A stretch of DNA of 64,000 nucleotides from Patescibacteria group bacterium (GCA_036726225.1 DAIMCS010000002.1:3994-67993); one strand, 5' to 3'. Numbered from the stretch's first letter, positions 1 through 9,376 are shown. The notes: a model not told the origin generated them from the letters alone. Translations and numbers: made by a program.

Positions 1-122
1 TTTTTACCATAATTTGGGCTTTTAAGCAAGAGCACGAGAGGAATAAAAAATAAAACCGCTCCAATATGAGGAGCGGTTTCTTAATCTGCGTAATCTATTT
101 TTTATCAGCGTATTTGTGATTT

Positions 123-893
123 TTATTTCCAAACCACAATCAGCATTTTTTTGCTGGTATCCACCGAATGAGTATCGTGGTTAAAGTCGCCGTTGGCGGC
201 ATAGAGAGTGTCGTACGTGTAAGGATAGTTTAAACCTTTGCGCGTGCCCGGGTCGTTGGTTATAAAGCCTGACTGATCATAACCTTTAATTACCAACATA
301 TGGTAAGGAGGGCCGGGGCGCCTGAAATTTGGGTTGCCAAGCATTTGTCCGTTGGCAGGTAATATTACAGCATGGTTTTGCACCAATTCTTCTTTAATAT
401 TTTTTTCGGTTACATCGTAAATTATTTTTGCGTTTAGACCATAAACCTCTTTTATTAAGCGAACCGTTTCTTCGGAGTTAATGTCCAGAAAATAACCAAA
501 AGTATTTTTTTCCCATTCAACCAGTTTGGAAATTTCCGTTTCCACTTCCTCGGCCGGTAAATTTGCCCTGGTGTCGCCGGAAAAATATTTGTAAACCATT
601 ATTGCGCTGGCTTCCTCACAGGCTTCGTTATGGATTTCATCCCAGTTGGCAGTGGGCGCTTGCGGCGTAAACGGGATTTTAAGGGAGAAAGTTTTTGGCA
701 GCTGCGGCGTTGAAGTTGGGGTAGATGGCGAAGGGTTGGGAGGCAAAGGCAGGGGAGCGGGCGGGTAAACAGGGCTAATTGGAGGAGGAGTGCCGGGTTG
801 CCTGTTAGTTTGTTTAAAAAACAAAACGCCTACTCCGGCGCCGGCCAGCAGGCAAACAACAACAAGAAAAAGTTTAAAAATTTTAGAATTCAT
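123..893 (-). CDS. Membrane-anchored protein with a Pro-rich linker and a C39-like (YvpB/BtrH-type) papain-fold peptidase domain
   Basis: N-terminal TM helix (KLFLVVVCLLAGAGVGVLFF), a P-rich low-complexity linker, then a C-terminal domain resembling peptidase_C39_2 (PQAPTANWDEIHNEACEEASAIMVYKYFSG). Paralogous in domain type to the next gene. Confidence 0.45.
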   Translation of the reverse strand: MNSKIFKLFLVVVCLLAGAGVGVLFFKQTNRQPGTPPPISPVYPPAPLPLPPNPSPSTPTSTPQLPKTFSLKIPFTPQAPTANWDEIHNEACEEASAIMVYKYFSGDTRANLPAEEVETEISKLVEWEKNTFGYFLDINSEETVRLIKEVYGLNAKIIYDVTEKNIKEELVQNHAVILPANGQMLGNPNFRRPGPPYHMLVIKGYDQSGFITNDPGTRKGLNYPYTYDTLYAANGDFNHDTHSVDTSKKMLIVVWK

Positions 894-1019
894 TAAAAGT
901 GTATTATAATTATAGCATGCATCCCGTTAGAAAAGGGATGAATTGTTTATGTTTAATACCTGTGAATTTACAGTGACGGCGTTATTAATTGCTAAAAATT
1001 AATTTAGTTTTCTTACGGG

Positions 1020-1787
1020 ATGAATAAGCTATTTAAAAAGCTAGACAGGCGTTTTTTTATTCCCGCTGCTTTTGTTTTGGTGCTGGCAGTAAGTTTTGTT
1101 ATAGCCGGGAATTGGCCGACAGTAGTTTATTTTAAAGGCAAGCTTTTAGCAACGTATTATTGGCAGTCCAAAGTCTTAGGCGCGAGTGTTTTTCGTCTGC
1201 CTGTAATTTACCACCGTCAGGAACACAGTTTAAGCTGCGAAATTGCCGCTTTGAAAATGGCTTTAAACGGGGTAGGGATTACAGTTCCGGAAGGCGAGCT
1301 TTTAAACCAGTTGGCTTTTGACCCAACTCCGCGCGGCAGAAATTTGTGGGGCGACCCTTTTACGGGTTTTGTGGGAGACATAGACGGGAAAATGGGAGTA
1401 ACCGGCTACGGTGTTTATTGGGACCCAATTAAAGATGTGGCCGGCCGCTACACTTACGCGGAAGTTGTGCAAAATGCAATCCCCCAAGATTTAGCCAAAC
1501 ACCTTATAGCGGGCAGGCCTATTGTGTGGTGGGGATACTTTGGCAGAGGCAGGAAACTTGGGTGGGAAACGCCGGACGGCAAACAAATTAACGCGGTTTA
1601 TGGCGAGCACGCCAGGACTATTATTGGTTTTACCGGAAGCGAAGATGACCCAACCGGTTTTATATTAATGGACCCAATTTACGGTGAGCTGTACTGGGAC
1701 ACGGAAAAGCTTTTAAAAAATTCTGAAAATTTTGGGAATAGCGGCGTGGCGGTTTACCCCCGCGAGTCTTTGTTTAGTTTAGAATAA
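1020..1787 (+). CDS. C39-like peptidase domain protein (peptidase_C39_2 family), N-terminal TM
   Basis: N-terminal TM, then HRQEHSLSCEIAALKMALNGVGITVPEGELL, typical of C39-like Cys-peptidase domains. Complete ORF followed by a hairpin terminator. Confidence 0.5.
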   Translation: MNKLFKKLDRRFFIPAAFVLVLAVSFVIAGNWPTVVYFKGKLLATYYWQSKVLGASVFRLPVIYHRQEHSLSCEIAALKMALNGVGITVPEGELLNQLAFDPTPRGRNLWGDPFTGFVGDIDGKMGVTGYGVYWDPIKDVAGRYTYAEVVQNAIPQDLAKHLIAGRPIVWWGYFGRGRKLGWETPDGKQINAVYGEHARTIIGFTGSEDDPTGFILMDPIYGELYWDTEKLLKNSENFGNSGVAVYPRESLFSLE

Positions 1788-1794
1788 TATTTAT

Positions 1795-1832
1795 GTCCCT
1801 GCGTCCAGATTCACTCTGGATGCAGGGACTCT
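1795..1832 (+). terminator. Rho-independent terminator hairpin after the 1020..1787 gene
   Basis: Inverted repeat gtccctgcgtccaga...tctggatgcagggac followed by tcttt. Confidence 0.5.
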
Positions 1833-1834
1833 TT

Positions 1835-1909
1835 GGAAAGGTGAGGCAGCGATCCGCCAAAGGCGGAGAGCGTTGGAGAGGAAAAACCTTTTTGGGTTTT
1901 CCTCTCCAA
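1835..1909. repeat. ~75-bp two-hairpin repeat element, copy 1 (second copy at 8024..8103)
   Basis: ggaaaggtgaggcagcgatccgccaaaggcggagagcgttggagaggaaaaacc...ggttttcctctccaa is near-identical to 8024..8103. It contains hairpins ccgccaaaggcgg and ggagaggaaaacc/ggttttcctctcc. Confidence 0.7.
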
Positions 1910-1916
1910 GATGTTT

Positions 1917-2600
1917 TTAAATGATTTCTTCTCTTTCAATTTTTTTAAATTGCCCCAAAGGTAAACTTTCGGGCAATTTTAATTTGTTTATGCGTATTCG
2001 CTTAAGGGCGGTTACGGTAAGGCCGACAGCGGCGAGCATCCTTCTTATTTGCCTTTTTTTACCCTCGTGAATAGTAATTCGGAGTTTGCCGTCCCGCTGT
2101 TTCACCTGCGCAGGGTAAGTGGTGCCGCTGGAAATTTCCACGCCGGTCCTTAAATTTTCCATTTGGCTTTCATTGGGCTCTTCCTGGGTTTGGATTTCAT
2201 ATTCTTTTTCGTGCTCAAATTTTGGGTGCGCAAGCGCCTGCGTAAGCTCGCCGTCATTGGTTAAAATAAGCAAGCCTTCGGTGTCAAAATCAAGCCTGCC
2301 TACATTCCAAACTTTTTCTCGTAAATTTTCAGGCAGCAAATCGAAAACTGTTCTCCTTCTTGTGGGGTCGCTTTTGCTGACCACGTAGCCTTGCGGCTTA
2401 TTCATTGCAATATAAATTTTTTCATCTTGAGGTTTAACAATTTTTCCGTAGACTTTTACCACGTCATTTTCCGGGTCAACTTTGTCGCCCAGCTTTGCTT
2501 TTTTGCCATTAATAAACACCTGGCCGGATTTTATGAATTCTTCGGCCTTCCTGCGGCTGGCAACGCCGGCACTGGATATGAATTTCTGGACTCTTTCCAT
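1917..2600 (-). CDS. Pseudouridine synthase, RsuA/RluB family (S4 domain plus catalytic domain)
   Basis: N-terminal S4 RNA-binding motif (VQKFISSAGVASRRKAEEFIKSGQVFINGKK) and a PUS catalytic core (GRLDFDTEGLLILTNDGEL). 227 aa is typical of RsuA. Confidence 0.8.
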   Translation of the reverse strand: MERVQKFISSAGVASRRKAEEFIKSGQVFINGKKAKLGDKVDPENDVVKVYGKIVKPQDEKIYIAMNKPQGYVVSKSDPTRRRTVFDLLPENLREKVWNVGRLDFDTEGLLILTNDGELTQALAHPKFEHEKEYEIQTQEEPNESQMENLRTGVEISSGTTYPAQVKQRDGKLRITIHEGKKRQIRRMLAAVGLTVTALKRIRINKLKLPESLPLGQFKKIEREEII

Positions 2601-2741
2601 AGAATTAGATCCCTCGTCCCGATTTCATCGGGACTCGGGACGACAGCTAAAAATAAATAATTATTGTTTGTCGTTTTTTAAACCCGTTCTTGCATATCTA
2701 ATATCATATATTATTTGGCCATTTTGTGCTATAATAAGGGT

Positions 2742-3278
2742 ATGTTTAACAAGAAAAATCTTCCGCTGGCCATTGCGCTGGCAATCCCGCTGTTAATGAT
2801 AGCCTTAGTCGCGGCGTTTATTTATTTGCCGGGAATTGGCAAAAAGCCGCAGTACAATTTTTTGTATATAACAGGCAATACTTACTTATATACTTACAAT
2901 AAGGGACAGTATTTTGTAAGCGGGGACAAACTAGTCCATAACCCGGCGCCGGTCCAAAATGGGTTGCAAAGCTCTGTGTCTTCCACAATTAGGGCAGAGG
3001 ACCAGCAGTCACATTTTTATATTTACAATGTCGCCCAAAATACTGCAACCGAGCTGACTTTTGAGCAAACCCAAAGTTACAGGCTTGACCCGGGCAATAC
3101 TTCGCCCGACGGTTATAGGGTTGAGCGGGGCAGTTCCGGCGGCGGTATATTTTTTGGCGGCTCCTACGATTACAACAGCTGGTATATAAAAGGGCACAAC
3201 CGAAGCTGGAGACTTAATTTGAAATTAACCGGCCAGGATTATTACAATATGCAGTTTTTGGGTTGGGTAATAAATTAA
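2742..3278 (+). CDS. Hypothetical membrane-anchored/secreted protein
   Basis: Internal ATG at 2742 follows an aaggg SD. N-terminal TM (LPLAIALAIPLLMIALVAAFIYL). No recognisable domain. Confidence 0.4.
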   Translation: MFNKKNLPLAIALAIPLLMIALVAAFIYLPGIGKKPQYNFLYITGNTYLYTYNKGQYFVSGDKLVHNPAPVQNGLQSSVSSTIRAEDQQSHFYIYNVAQNTATELTFEQTQSYRLDPGNTSPDGYRVERGSSGGGIFFGGSYDYNSWYIKGHNRSWRLNLKLTGQDYYNMQFLGWVIN

Positions 3279-3295
3279 AATCTAAATGTTTGATT

Positions 3296-3338
3296 CCCCT
3301 CCCTTGAGGGGAGGGGTTAGGGGAGGGTGATGAGAGGT
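3296..3338. repeat. GC-rich palindromic element (family member)
   Basis: cccctcccttgaggggaggggttaggggagggtgat has the same termini and hairpin (cccctccc/ggggaggg) as the elements at 5275, 5330, 59644 and 60298. Confidence 0.7.
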
Positions 3339-3362
3339 TTAAAATTAAACTTTGTAAGTTAA

Positions 3363-4358
3363 ATGGACAAACAACAACTTTTTTTAGAAATCCGCCAAAT
3401 GGCGGCAAGAGGAGAGCTTAACCAGGCCGAAGTTTTGGCTGTTTTTGGCGGCCAAGTCCCGCAGCCCCCGCAAGATGCTGCTACAAAAGGCCTTAGCCTG
3501 TCCGACATTATGTATTACATTGGTGGGGCAATTGTGTTTTTGGGCATTGTGGTTTTGTGCTACCAGAATTGGGATAATTTCTCTCCCGCCTTACGCATTT
3601 TAGTTACTTTAGGCAGCGCCATTGCGTGTTTTATTACTGCCGCGCTTTTGAACAGGTATGAAGATTTTAAAAAAATCTCCCACGCCTTCTTTTTGCTCTC
3701 CGGTATGCTTGCGCCCATGGGCGTGGAAATTACTGCAGACCAAATAGGCTTTGATTTAGACTCTAACTCAATACAGCTTGCCATTTTTTTCATTTTAAGC
3801 GCGGTTTATTTGGGCGCTTTTTATTTTTTCCGCCAAACTATGCTGTTGTTTTTTAGCATAGTGTTTACCACCCTGACATTCCATTTTCTAATTAACATAA
3901 TGATTGGCGACAACCTTATGTACGAAAATTTGGACACAATTTGGAAATACAGGATTTTAGTTTTGGGTTTGGCCTATATGTTTTTGGGCTACTATTTAAG
4001 TTCCACCTCCCAAAAGGCTTTGAGCGGAGTTTTGTATGCCTTTGGCACGAGTTTCTTTTTAGGGGCGGCTATATTTTTAGGCGGTTATTATCCGGACCAC
4101 AATATTTTTTGGGAATTAATTTATCCGGTTTTGGTGTTCGGTGTAATTTTCTTAAGTGTGCACGTAAAAAGCAAAGCTTTTTTAATTTTTGGTTCCCTGT
4201 TTTTAATTAGCTATATTTTAAAACTCACGGGTGAATATTTCAGCGAAGGCCTTGGCTGGCCGTTGGCTTTGGTGTTGGCCGGGTTGGCAATTATGGGCGT
4301 GGGTTATTATGCATTTAGAATAAATAAAAGATATTTAACCAACGCAACGCTTAGTTAA
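3363..4358 (+). CDS. Polytopic integral membrane protein, unknown function
   Basis: Multiple hydrophobic helices across the ORF. SD-like sequence upstream, terminator downstream. Confidence 0.5.
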   Translation: MDKQQLFLEIRQMAARGELNQAEVLAVFGGQVPQPPQDAATKGLSLSDIMYYIGGAIVFLGIVVLCYQNWDNFSPALRILVTLGSAIACFITAALLNRYEDFKKISHAFFLLSGMLAPMGVEITADQIGFDLDSNSIQLAIFFILSAVYLGAFYFFRQTMLLFFSIVFTTLTFHFLINIMIGDNLMYENLDTIWKYRILVLGLAYMFLGYYLSSTSQKALSGVLYAFGTSFFLGAAIFLGGYYPDHNIFWELIYPVLVFGVIFLSVHVKSKAFLIFGSLFLISYILKLTGEYFSEGLGWPLALVLAGLAIMGVGYYAFRINKRYLTNATLS

Positions 4359-4369
4359 TTAAAAAAATA

Positions 4370-4396
4370 AAACCCCCTTTAAGGGGGTTTTTTGTT
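4370..4396 (+). terminator. Rho-independent terminator
   Basis: aaacccccttt aagggggtttttt: perfect hairpin plus T-tract. Confidence 0.7.
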
Positions 4397-4446
4397 AGGG
4401 CTCCAAAAATTTTTTGTACTCGCAGGCCATAAGAACGATTGGCCCG

Positions 4447-4521
4447 TGGTGGTCCCGGTTGGAATCGAACCAACATCAATGCCTTAGAAGAGCACTGCTC
4501 TATCCATTGAGCTACGGAACC
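4447..4521 (-). tRNA. tRNA-Arg (anticodon TCT), CCA encoded
   Basis: Hand-folded reverse complement: acceptor ggttccg/cgggacc, D-arm gctc-aatggata-gagc, anticodon loop CUUCUAA (UCU), T-arm gttgg-ttcgatt-ccaac, discriminator A, then CCA. Confidence 0.8.
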
Positions 4522-4778
4522 GCGTCGTACTTTTCTACGGGCTTTCGCGATTTGTTTAAACAAATCGACTCTAGCCCTCCGCAAAGTACTCCTCTTCCAC
4601 AAAAACGCGTGCTCGCTCCGACTGAAACGTCGTAGCTGCGCTACTCGTTTTTGTGGTTTTAACGTTCGGGGTCCCCAAAAATTCTGAAAGAATTTTTGGG
4701 GAGAGGCACAACATTCTGAAGGCTGAAGTGCCCAAAATATATTTTGGGCACGTAAGCCGAAAGAATGATTGGGCCGAT

Positions 4779-4855
4779 GTGGTGATCGTGGCAGGAGTCG
4801 AACCTGCGACCTTCAGCTCCGCAAGCTGACGCTCTATCCAACTGAGCTACACGAT
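4779..4855 (-). tRNA. tRNA-Arg (anticodon GCG as read), CCA encoded
   Basis: Hand-folded reverse complement: acceptor gatcgtg/cacgatc, D-arm gctc-agttggat-agagc, anticodon stem tcagc/gctga with loop UUGCGGA (GCG), T-arm gcagg-ttcgact-cctgc, ACCA. Confidence 0.7.
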
Positions 4856-5274
4856 CAGGTCACAATTTGCTGCGAGCTTACGGGGCTCGTTAAAGCGAAC
4901 CGCCTGTCGCCCTTTGCAGTTTTTTCTTATCCCAAAAATCCCTTTAATAAATCTCGGGTGGATTTTTTGGGAGACTTAAATATTAAGAAACTTGATGAAC
5001 TATAACACGAATCTCTTTATTTTTCAAGCATTTGGAAACAAATATTATTGCAGGGCGATGTATTTTGTAGAGGCGAGAATTAACTTTGAAAGGGCCGCCT
5101 TATGCAAATGTCCAAATATATATGCGACGATTGCGGTTTTTCCGGACAGAAGTCGGGCGTGTGTATGTTTTGCCAAATACCTTTAACTGCTAATTCAAGA
5201 CGAAAACCGCTTGCAAAAAATACCGGCCAGGTAGTAGGGGAGTATAAGTGGTTTTCTTAAACTGGTTCCCTTTT

Positions 5275-5310
5275 CCCCTCCCTTGATGGGAGGGGCTAGG
5301 GGAGGGTGAT
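5275..5310. repeat. GC-rich palindromic element
   Basis: cccctcccttgatgggaggggctaggggagggtgat. Confidence 0.7.
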
Positions 5311-5329
5311 AAAAATAAGTTGTCTAAAG

Positions 5330-5364
5330 CCCCTCCCTAACCCTCCCCACAAGGGGGAGGGAAT
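5330..5364. repeat. GC-rich palindromic element
   Basis: cccctccctaaccctccccacaagggggagggaat. Same ends as the unit at 60299..60345. Confidence 0.7.
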
Positions 5365-5392
5365 TGAGTGCAAGCTTAATATACTCTAAATT

Positions 5393-6415
5393 TCATTTTT
5401 TATTATGGAATTTTTTGTGAATGTCCCTAAGACCCTGGTTGGTTATGTGGGTGTAAATTTGTGTAGTGGTAATGCTGGCATGCCCCAGTAAAGTTTGCAC
5501 GCTTCTAATGTCCGCCCCGTTTTGCAGCAAATCGGTTGCAAAAGAGTGGCGCAAAGTGTGAGGCGTAACTTTTTTAACAATACCTGCCAGCCGGCAGTAT
5601 TTTTTTATAATTCTTTGAATTTGCCTGGGAGTCAGGCCTAAAATTTTTCGGTCGTCTTTTGTGCCGGAGGCGGATCGGCCTTTGGCGGAATTTTTTACTT
5701 TCGCTCCCTGGCTTTGAATTTGTTTTTCCACGCTTTGGCCAACTGTGGAATGGCCAACAAATAGGGCATTGCTGTTGTCAGGCCTTTTGCTTAAATATTT
5801 TTTAATTGTTTCCGCAGCTTCGTCACTTAAAAAAACTAAACGCAGTTTGCTGCCTTTGCCGCGAACCGTAAATTCTCTGCGGTCTAAATTTATGGAATCG
5901 CGCCTTAGCGAAGCAAGTTCGGAAACGCGCAGGCCTGTGGAAAACAATGTTTGCAAAATTGCGCGGTCGCGCAACTTTGAAAGTTCATCCTTTTCTGCAT
6001 TTGTTGCTTCAAAAAGTCTTTCTAATTCTTCTTTTTCCAAAAACTCCACCTGGCGTTGGGGGTTTTTTGGCAGTTCAATTTTTTCCGGAGACAAAGTTTT
6101 AACATCATTTTTTATTAAATATTTTAAAAACGCCCGCAAAGCAATTAAATGGTAGTTTTGAGTAATTAACTTAAGCTGGTTGCCACGCTCATCTGTTTGC
6201 CGGTTTAAAAACAGCCGGTATTTGTTTATGCTCTGCAAATCAATACCTTTGGGGTCTTTTATATTTAAGCTTTGGGCAAAGGAAAAAAACTTACGCAAAT
6301 AACGCTCGTAAGCCTTAATGGTGTTTAAACTTTGGTTTTTGCCAATTTCGCAGTATTCCAAAAAAGCGCTTATGTAGCTATATAACGGCGAATCTATTTT
6401 TTGTTTGCTGTCCAT
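5393..6415 (-). CDS. Tyrosine site-specific recombinase (XerC/XerD / phage-integrase family)
   Basis: N-terminal core-binding domain and C-terminal catalytic motifs (HTLRHSFATDLLQNGADIRSVQTLLGHASITTTQIYTHI). Lies next to two tRNA-Arg genes. Confidence 0.8.
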   Translation of the reverse strand: MDSKQKIDSPLYSYISAFLEYCEIGKNQSLNTIKAYERYLRKFFSFAQSLNIKDPKGIDLQSINKYRLFLNRQTDERGNQLKLITQNYHLIALRAFLKYLIKNDVKTLSPEKIELPKNPQRQVEFLEKEELERLFEATNAEKDELSKLRDRAILQTLFSTGLRVSELASLRRDSINLDRREFTVRGKGSKLRLVFLSDEAAETIKKYLSKRPDNSNALFVGHSTVGQSVEKQIQSQGAKVKNSAKGRSASGTKDDRKILGLTPRQIQRIIKKYCRLAGIVKKVTPHTLRHSFATDLLQNGADIRSVQTLLGHASITTTQIYTHITNQGLRDIHKKFHNKK

Positions 6416-6634
6416 TAATGTCCAAGTCCGGCAATATTGTGCGATGTTTTAAACGTTGCACAATATTGCAATAATTTGCGACACTTTAAGTGTATCAAAT
6501 TACTACATTGTGCGACTCGTGAGATATCCACAGTATCCCCAGTATATATTACGACTGACCAAAATATGGAAGTTTGGTTTAACGTTTTGCGACATGGTAA
6601 TTGGGCTGAATTTAAGCTAGAATTTAGTAGATTT

Positions 6635-7450
6635 ATGATTTTAGTTGTATCTTCTCCAAATACTTACGCCTCAAAGCGGCTTATGGCGGAGTCAAAAAAA
6701 CTCTCTATCCCCTTAAAAATTGTCCCTGCCAATGAGCTCTCGACTGTAAATTTAGCGCCTTTTAAGGTTTTATATATTAGAAACCCGTTTGTAAATAAAA
6801 GCCCCGAGTTTTTACCGCAAGTAATTGCTTTGGCAAAAAAGTTTAAACGGTCCGGTAAAAAAGTTGTGGATGACGTCGTGGCAAATGGAGATTTAGCTTT
6901 GGGCAAATGGGACAACTACAAACGCTTAAAATTAAGCGGCATCCCTATCCCAAAAACCGAGCTTTTGAGCGACTACCCACTACCTACTACGCACTACCCA
7001 CTAATCCTCAAATGGATTTACGGCTTTAAAGCCCGTGAAGTTTTTTTTGTGGCAAATGAACTTCGGCTCAAAGAAATTTTTAGCAAATTTCCAAAAAATG
7101 AATTGTTAATTCAAGAGTTTATCCCTGCTAAATACGAGTACAAAATTATTACCGTGGGTTATAAAGCTTTGCCTGTGGCAACCAAATTTAAAATTAAAGA
7201 TTTAGGCTTTAAGATAGATTTTAGTTCAGCAAGTAGCGTGCCTATTCGTGGGCTTCCCAGTGAGTTGATTGAGATGGCTGAAACCGCGGCTAAAGTTTTA
7301 GGCCGGCAGCTTTCTAAGGTTGATATTTTAGAGAGCCACGGTAAGTTTTATGTTTTGGAGGTTAACCGCTGCCCGGGGCTTAAATCTTTTGAAAGAATAA
7401 CCAAACATAACGTTGTTAAAGCCTTTTTGGACTATTTATATTCCCTTTAA
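6635..7450 (+). CDS. ATP-grasp domain protein (RimK/alpha-L-glutamate-ligase-like)
   Basis: C-terminal ATP-grasp signature (KIITVGYKALPVATKFKI...SKVDILESHGKFYVLEVNRCPGLKSF). Start placed at internal ATG 6635 (MILVVSS...); the track ORF extends upstream from 6437. Confidence 0.55.
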   Translation: MILVVSSPNTYASKRLMAESKKLSIPLKIVPANELSTVNLAPFKVLYIRNPFVNKSPEFLPQVIALAKKFKRSGKKVVDDVVANGDLALGKWDNYKRLKLSGIPIPKTELLSDYPLPTTHYPLILKWIYGFKAREVFFVANELRLKEIFSKFPKNELLIQEFIPAKYEYKIITVGYKALPVATKFKIKDLGFKIDFSSASSVPIRGLPSELIEMAETAAKVLGRQLSKVDILESHGKFYVLEVNRCPGLKSFERITKHNVVKAFLDYLYSL

Positions 7451-7636
7451 CAATGAATTTTAAACTTGGATCACAAATAATCTTAGCGTAAGTTGAGCAT
7501 AAGGGCAGTAATGCCCGGGATTTACAAATATATTCATTTAAGCTATAATTAAGGCACTAATTTTAACCCACGGATGAATCTGTAATGCGGTTTTTGAACT
7601 TGTGCCGCAATTCATTTCGTGCTGAAAGGCATTGTT

Positions 7637-7909
7637 ATGCTAAGCCCAAAAGAGAAGAATAATTTAATTAAAAAATTCCAGACGCACAAAGACGACACCG
7701 GCAGCCCGGAAGTGCAAATTGCCATTCTCACCAAAGAGATTGAGCAGGTTAGTGAGCACTTAAAAATCCACCGCAAAGACAACCATTCCCGCAGGGGTTT
7801 GCTTAAAATGGTAGGCAACCGCAGAAGGCTTTTAAGGTTCCTAAAAAACGAAGACCAGAAACGCCATGACAAAATTGCGGAGAAATTAAAACTGAAAGTT
7901 TCAGAGTAA
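7637..7909 (+). CDS. rpsO: 30S ribosomal protein S15
   Basis: [70 protein letters not shown] is canonical S15. Start at internal ATG 7637. Confidence 0.9.
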   Translation: MLSPKEKNNLIKKFQTHKDDTGSPEVQIAILTKEIEQVSEHLKIHRKDNHSRRGLLKMVGNRRRLLRFLKNEDQKRHDKIAEKLKLKVSE

Positions 7910-8023
7910 TCTGAAACTTTCATCCTGAGCGAAGCGAAGGATCTGTTTAGTATAATAAACCGACGAAGTCGGTATAAAAAAATATCCGAAACGACGGATT
8001 TATTCCGTCATTGAGGATACATT

Positions 8024-8103
8024 GGAAAAGTGAGGCAGCGATCCGCCGAAGGCGGAGAGTGTTGGAGAGGAAAACCCTCTCCCCCTTGGGTTGTCCTCTC
8101 CAA
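8024..8103. repeat. ~75-bp two-hairpin repeat element, copy 2
   Basis: Near-identical to 1835..1909. Sits after additional rpsO-downstream hairpins at 7945..8010. Confidence 0.7.
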
Positions 8104-8113
8104 AATTACCCTT

Positions 8114-8509
8114 ATGGACAGTATAGATTTTCAGGTATTTGATAGGGAGTGGACACGCCTGGGCAGAGAAATTTGCCAGGCGGTTTACACAAACCCCAAA
8201 GTCCAAAAAATTAAAACCGCGTTAATAAAAAACCGTACTTTAAACACCGAAGAGCACAGCGAGTTTATTAATATTTGCAACGAAACCAAGTATAGGCTAA
8301 TTTACGAAAAATATGGCGACGAAAAGAGCCAGGGTTACAAAGATTTTAGTAAAAGGTGGCAGGCGTGGTTTCAACAAAAAGGCGTGCAGAGCCAGCAGGA
8401 ACGCAAGCAACGCAGCAGCGTAGACCATATACTCTTTGGCAGTACACCCGAACCCAACACTTTCCTCCTGCATTTTGAAGAAGAAATGCTTGGAAGTATG
8501 AAACCATAA
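8114..8509 (+). CDS. Hypothetical protein
   Basis: Start moved to ATG 8114 (MDSIDFQ...) because the upstream part of the track ORF overlaps the repeat element. Terminator follows. Confidence 0.4.
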   Translation: MDSIDFQVFDREWTRLGREICQAVYTNPKVQKIKTALIKNRTLNTEEHSEFINICNETKYRLIYEKYGDEKSQGYKDFSKRWQAWFQQKGVQSQQERKQRSSVDHILFGSTPEPNTFLLHFEEEMLGSMKP

Positions 8510-8513
8510 ATTA

Positions 8514-8542
8514 AAAATCCTCCCGAAAGGGAGGATTTTTTT
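8514..8542 (+). terminator. Rho-independent terminator
   Basis: aaaatcctcccgaaagggaggatttttt. Confidence 0.7.
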
Positions 8543-8604
8543 ATGACATGGGTCATGTCACCATTGTTTTGACCAAATTTAGAGAACTTATGTTTCAATG
8601 TAAA

Positions 8605-8628
8605 CTGTCAAATGTCAAGACTTGACCC
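8605..8628 (+). repeat. REP-like palindrome (copy A)
   Basis: ctgtcaaatgtcaagacttgaccc. The core gtcaag-a-cttgac is self-complementary. Same motif at 9377..9425, 9511..9530 (inverted) and 10579..10626. Confidence 0.7.
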
Positions 8629-8880
8629 CCTTTGTTTCTCGGTAAGGCCGTTGACAATAAAACAAAACAGCGGATAGAGCGTGTAAGAACACCTTTCCTA
8701 AACCTCTGCAGGGGCATGGAAGAAAAACCGTGAACTAATCCGCAAGAGCTTACTTACAACAATCTCTTCTTCCACTGCTAATATCTCATCGTCGCTTAAA
8801 CCAGTCTCAAAAGCAACACCAAAATTTTTAAGCTGTGAGTTTACAGATTCTAAATTCATTTTTCGTCTTCTTTTACATAC

Positions 8881-9294
8881 CTAACCATCATTAGGTTTTT
8901 CCTTTTCGAATTTTTCTTGATCTGATTGGTACTTTCCAATTTGCCTGGCGTAACCTTCCGATATATCAAACATGGGGATCTGATGATATTCCCAATGATG
9001 GGGGCCGAAGTAATGAACCCACTCTTTATCTAATTTTTTTATTATCTCTGCATTATTCATATCCCAATACCGTAAAAAAGAGCCGGATTCATTATTAAGA
9101 TTACCCACTCTTATTTTATTTTCTGCTAAAAGCTCTTCAATAGCTTTAAGCATGTACTGCTTTTCTAATTCCTTATCATCTCCAAGACCAGGTATTTCGG
9201 ATTCTAAAATTCCTATATAACCTATATCTGTATAGTCATCAGAAATCTGTGTTAATAAAATATCTTTTATCTTTTTTAATGTCTGGTTGTCCAT
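8881..9294 (-). CDS. Hypothetical acidic protein lying between REP-like copies
   Basis: Complete ORF with no recognisable domain. Flanked by the 8605 and 9377 palindrome copies. Confidence 0.35.
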   Translation of the reverse strand: MDNQTLKKIKDILLTQISDDYTDIGYIGILESEIPGLGDDKELEKQYMLKAIEELLAENKIRVGNLNNESGSFLRYWDMNNAEIIKKLDKEWVHYFGPHHWEYHQIPMFDISEGYARQIGKYQSDQEKFEKEKPNDG

Positions 9295-9376
9295 TATTTT
9301 GTAGCTCCTTCTGCTACATATTTTAATGTTTGTACTGTTTGACCTTGATTATTCATCACTTGGATTGTTGCTTGCG

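Noticed and set aside
2119-2796. ORFs 2119..2388, 2391..2660 and 2482..2796 on the + strand.
   Set aside because: They are antisense to, or overlap, the well-supported pseudouridine synthase gene and its upstream hairpins. No SD and no domain.
4351-5005. ORFs 4351..4602, 4414..4635, 4659..4841 and 4769..5005 from the six-frame track.
   Set aside because: They overlap the two tRNA-Arg genes and their spacer. The translations are low-complexity, and the sequence folds convincingly as tRNAs instead.
5393-6415. Calling the tyrosine recombinase definitively a phage/ICE integrase that marks the whole 6-50 kb region as one integrated element.
   Set aside because: Its N-terminal domain looks XerC/D-like. 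No att-site duplicate was found in the window. The accessory region contains genes on both strands with heterogeneous features. Reported only as a hypothesis.
6437-6634. The 66-codon N-terminal extension of the ATP-grasp ORF (MCDVLNVAQYC...).
   Set aside because: It overlaps the divergent promoter region of the recombinase gene, is Cys/His-rich low complexity, and the ATP-grasp homology begins only after the internal Met at 6635.
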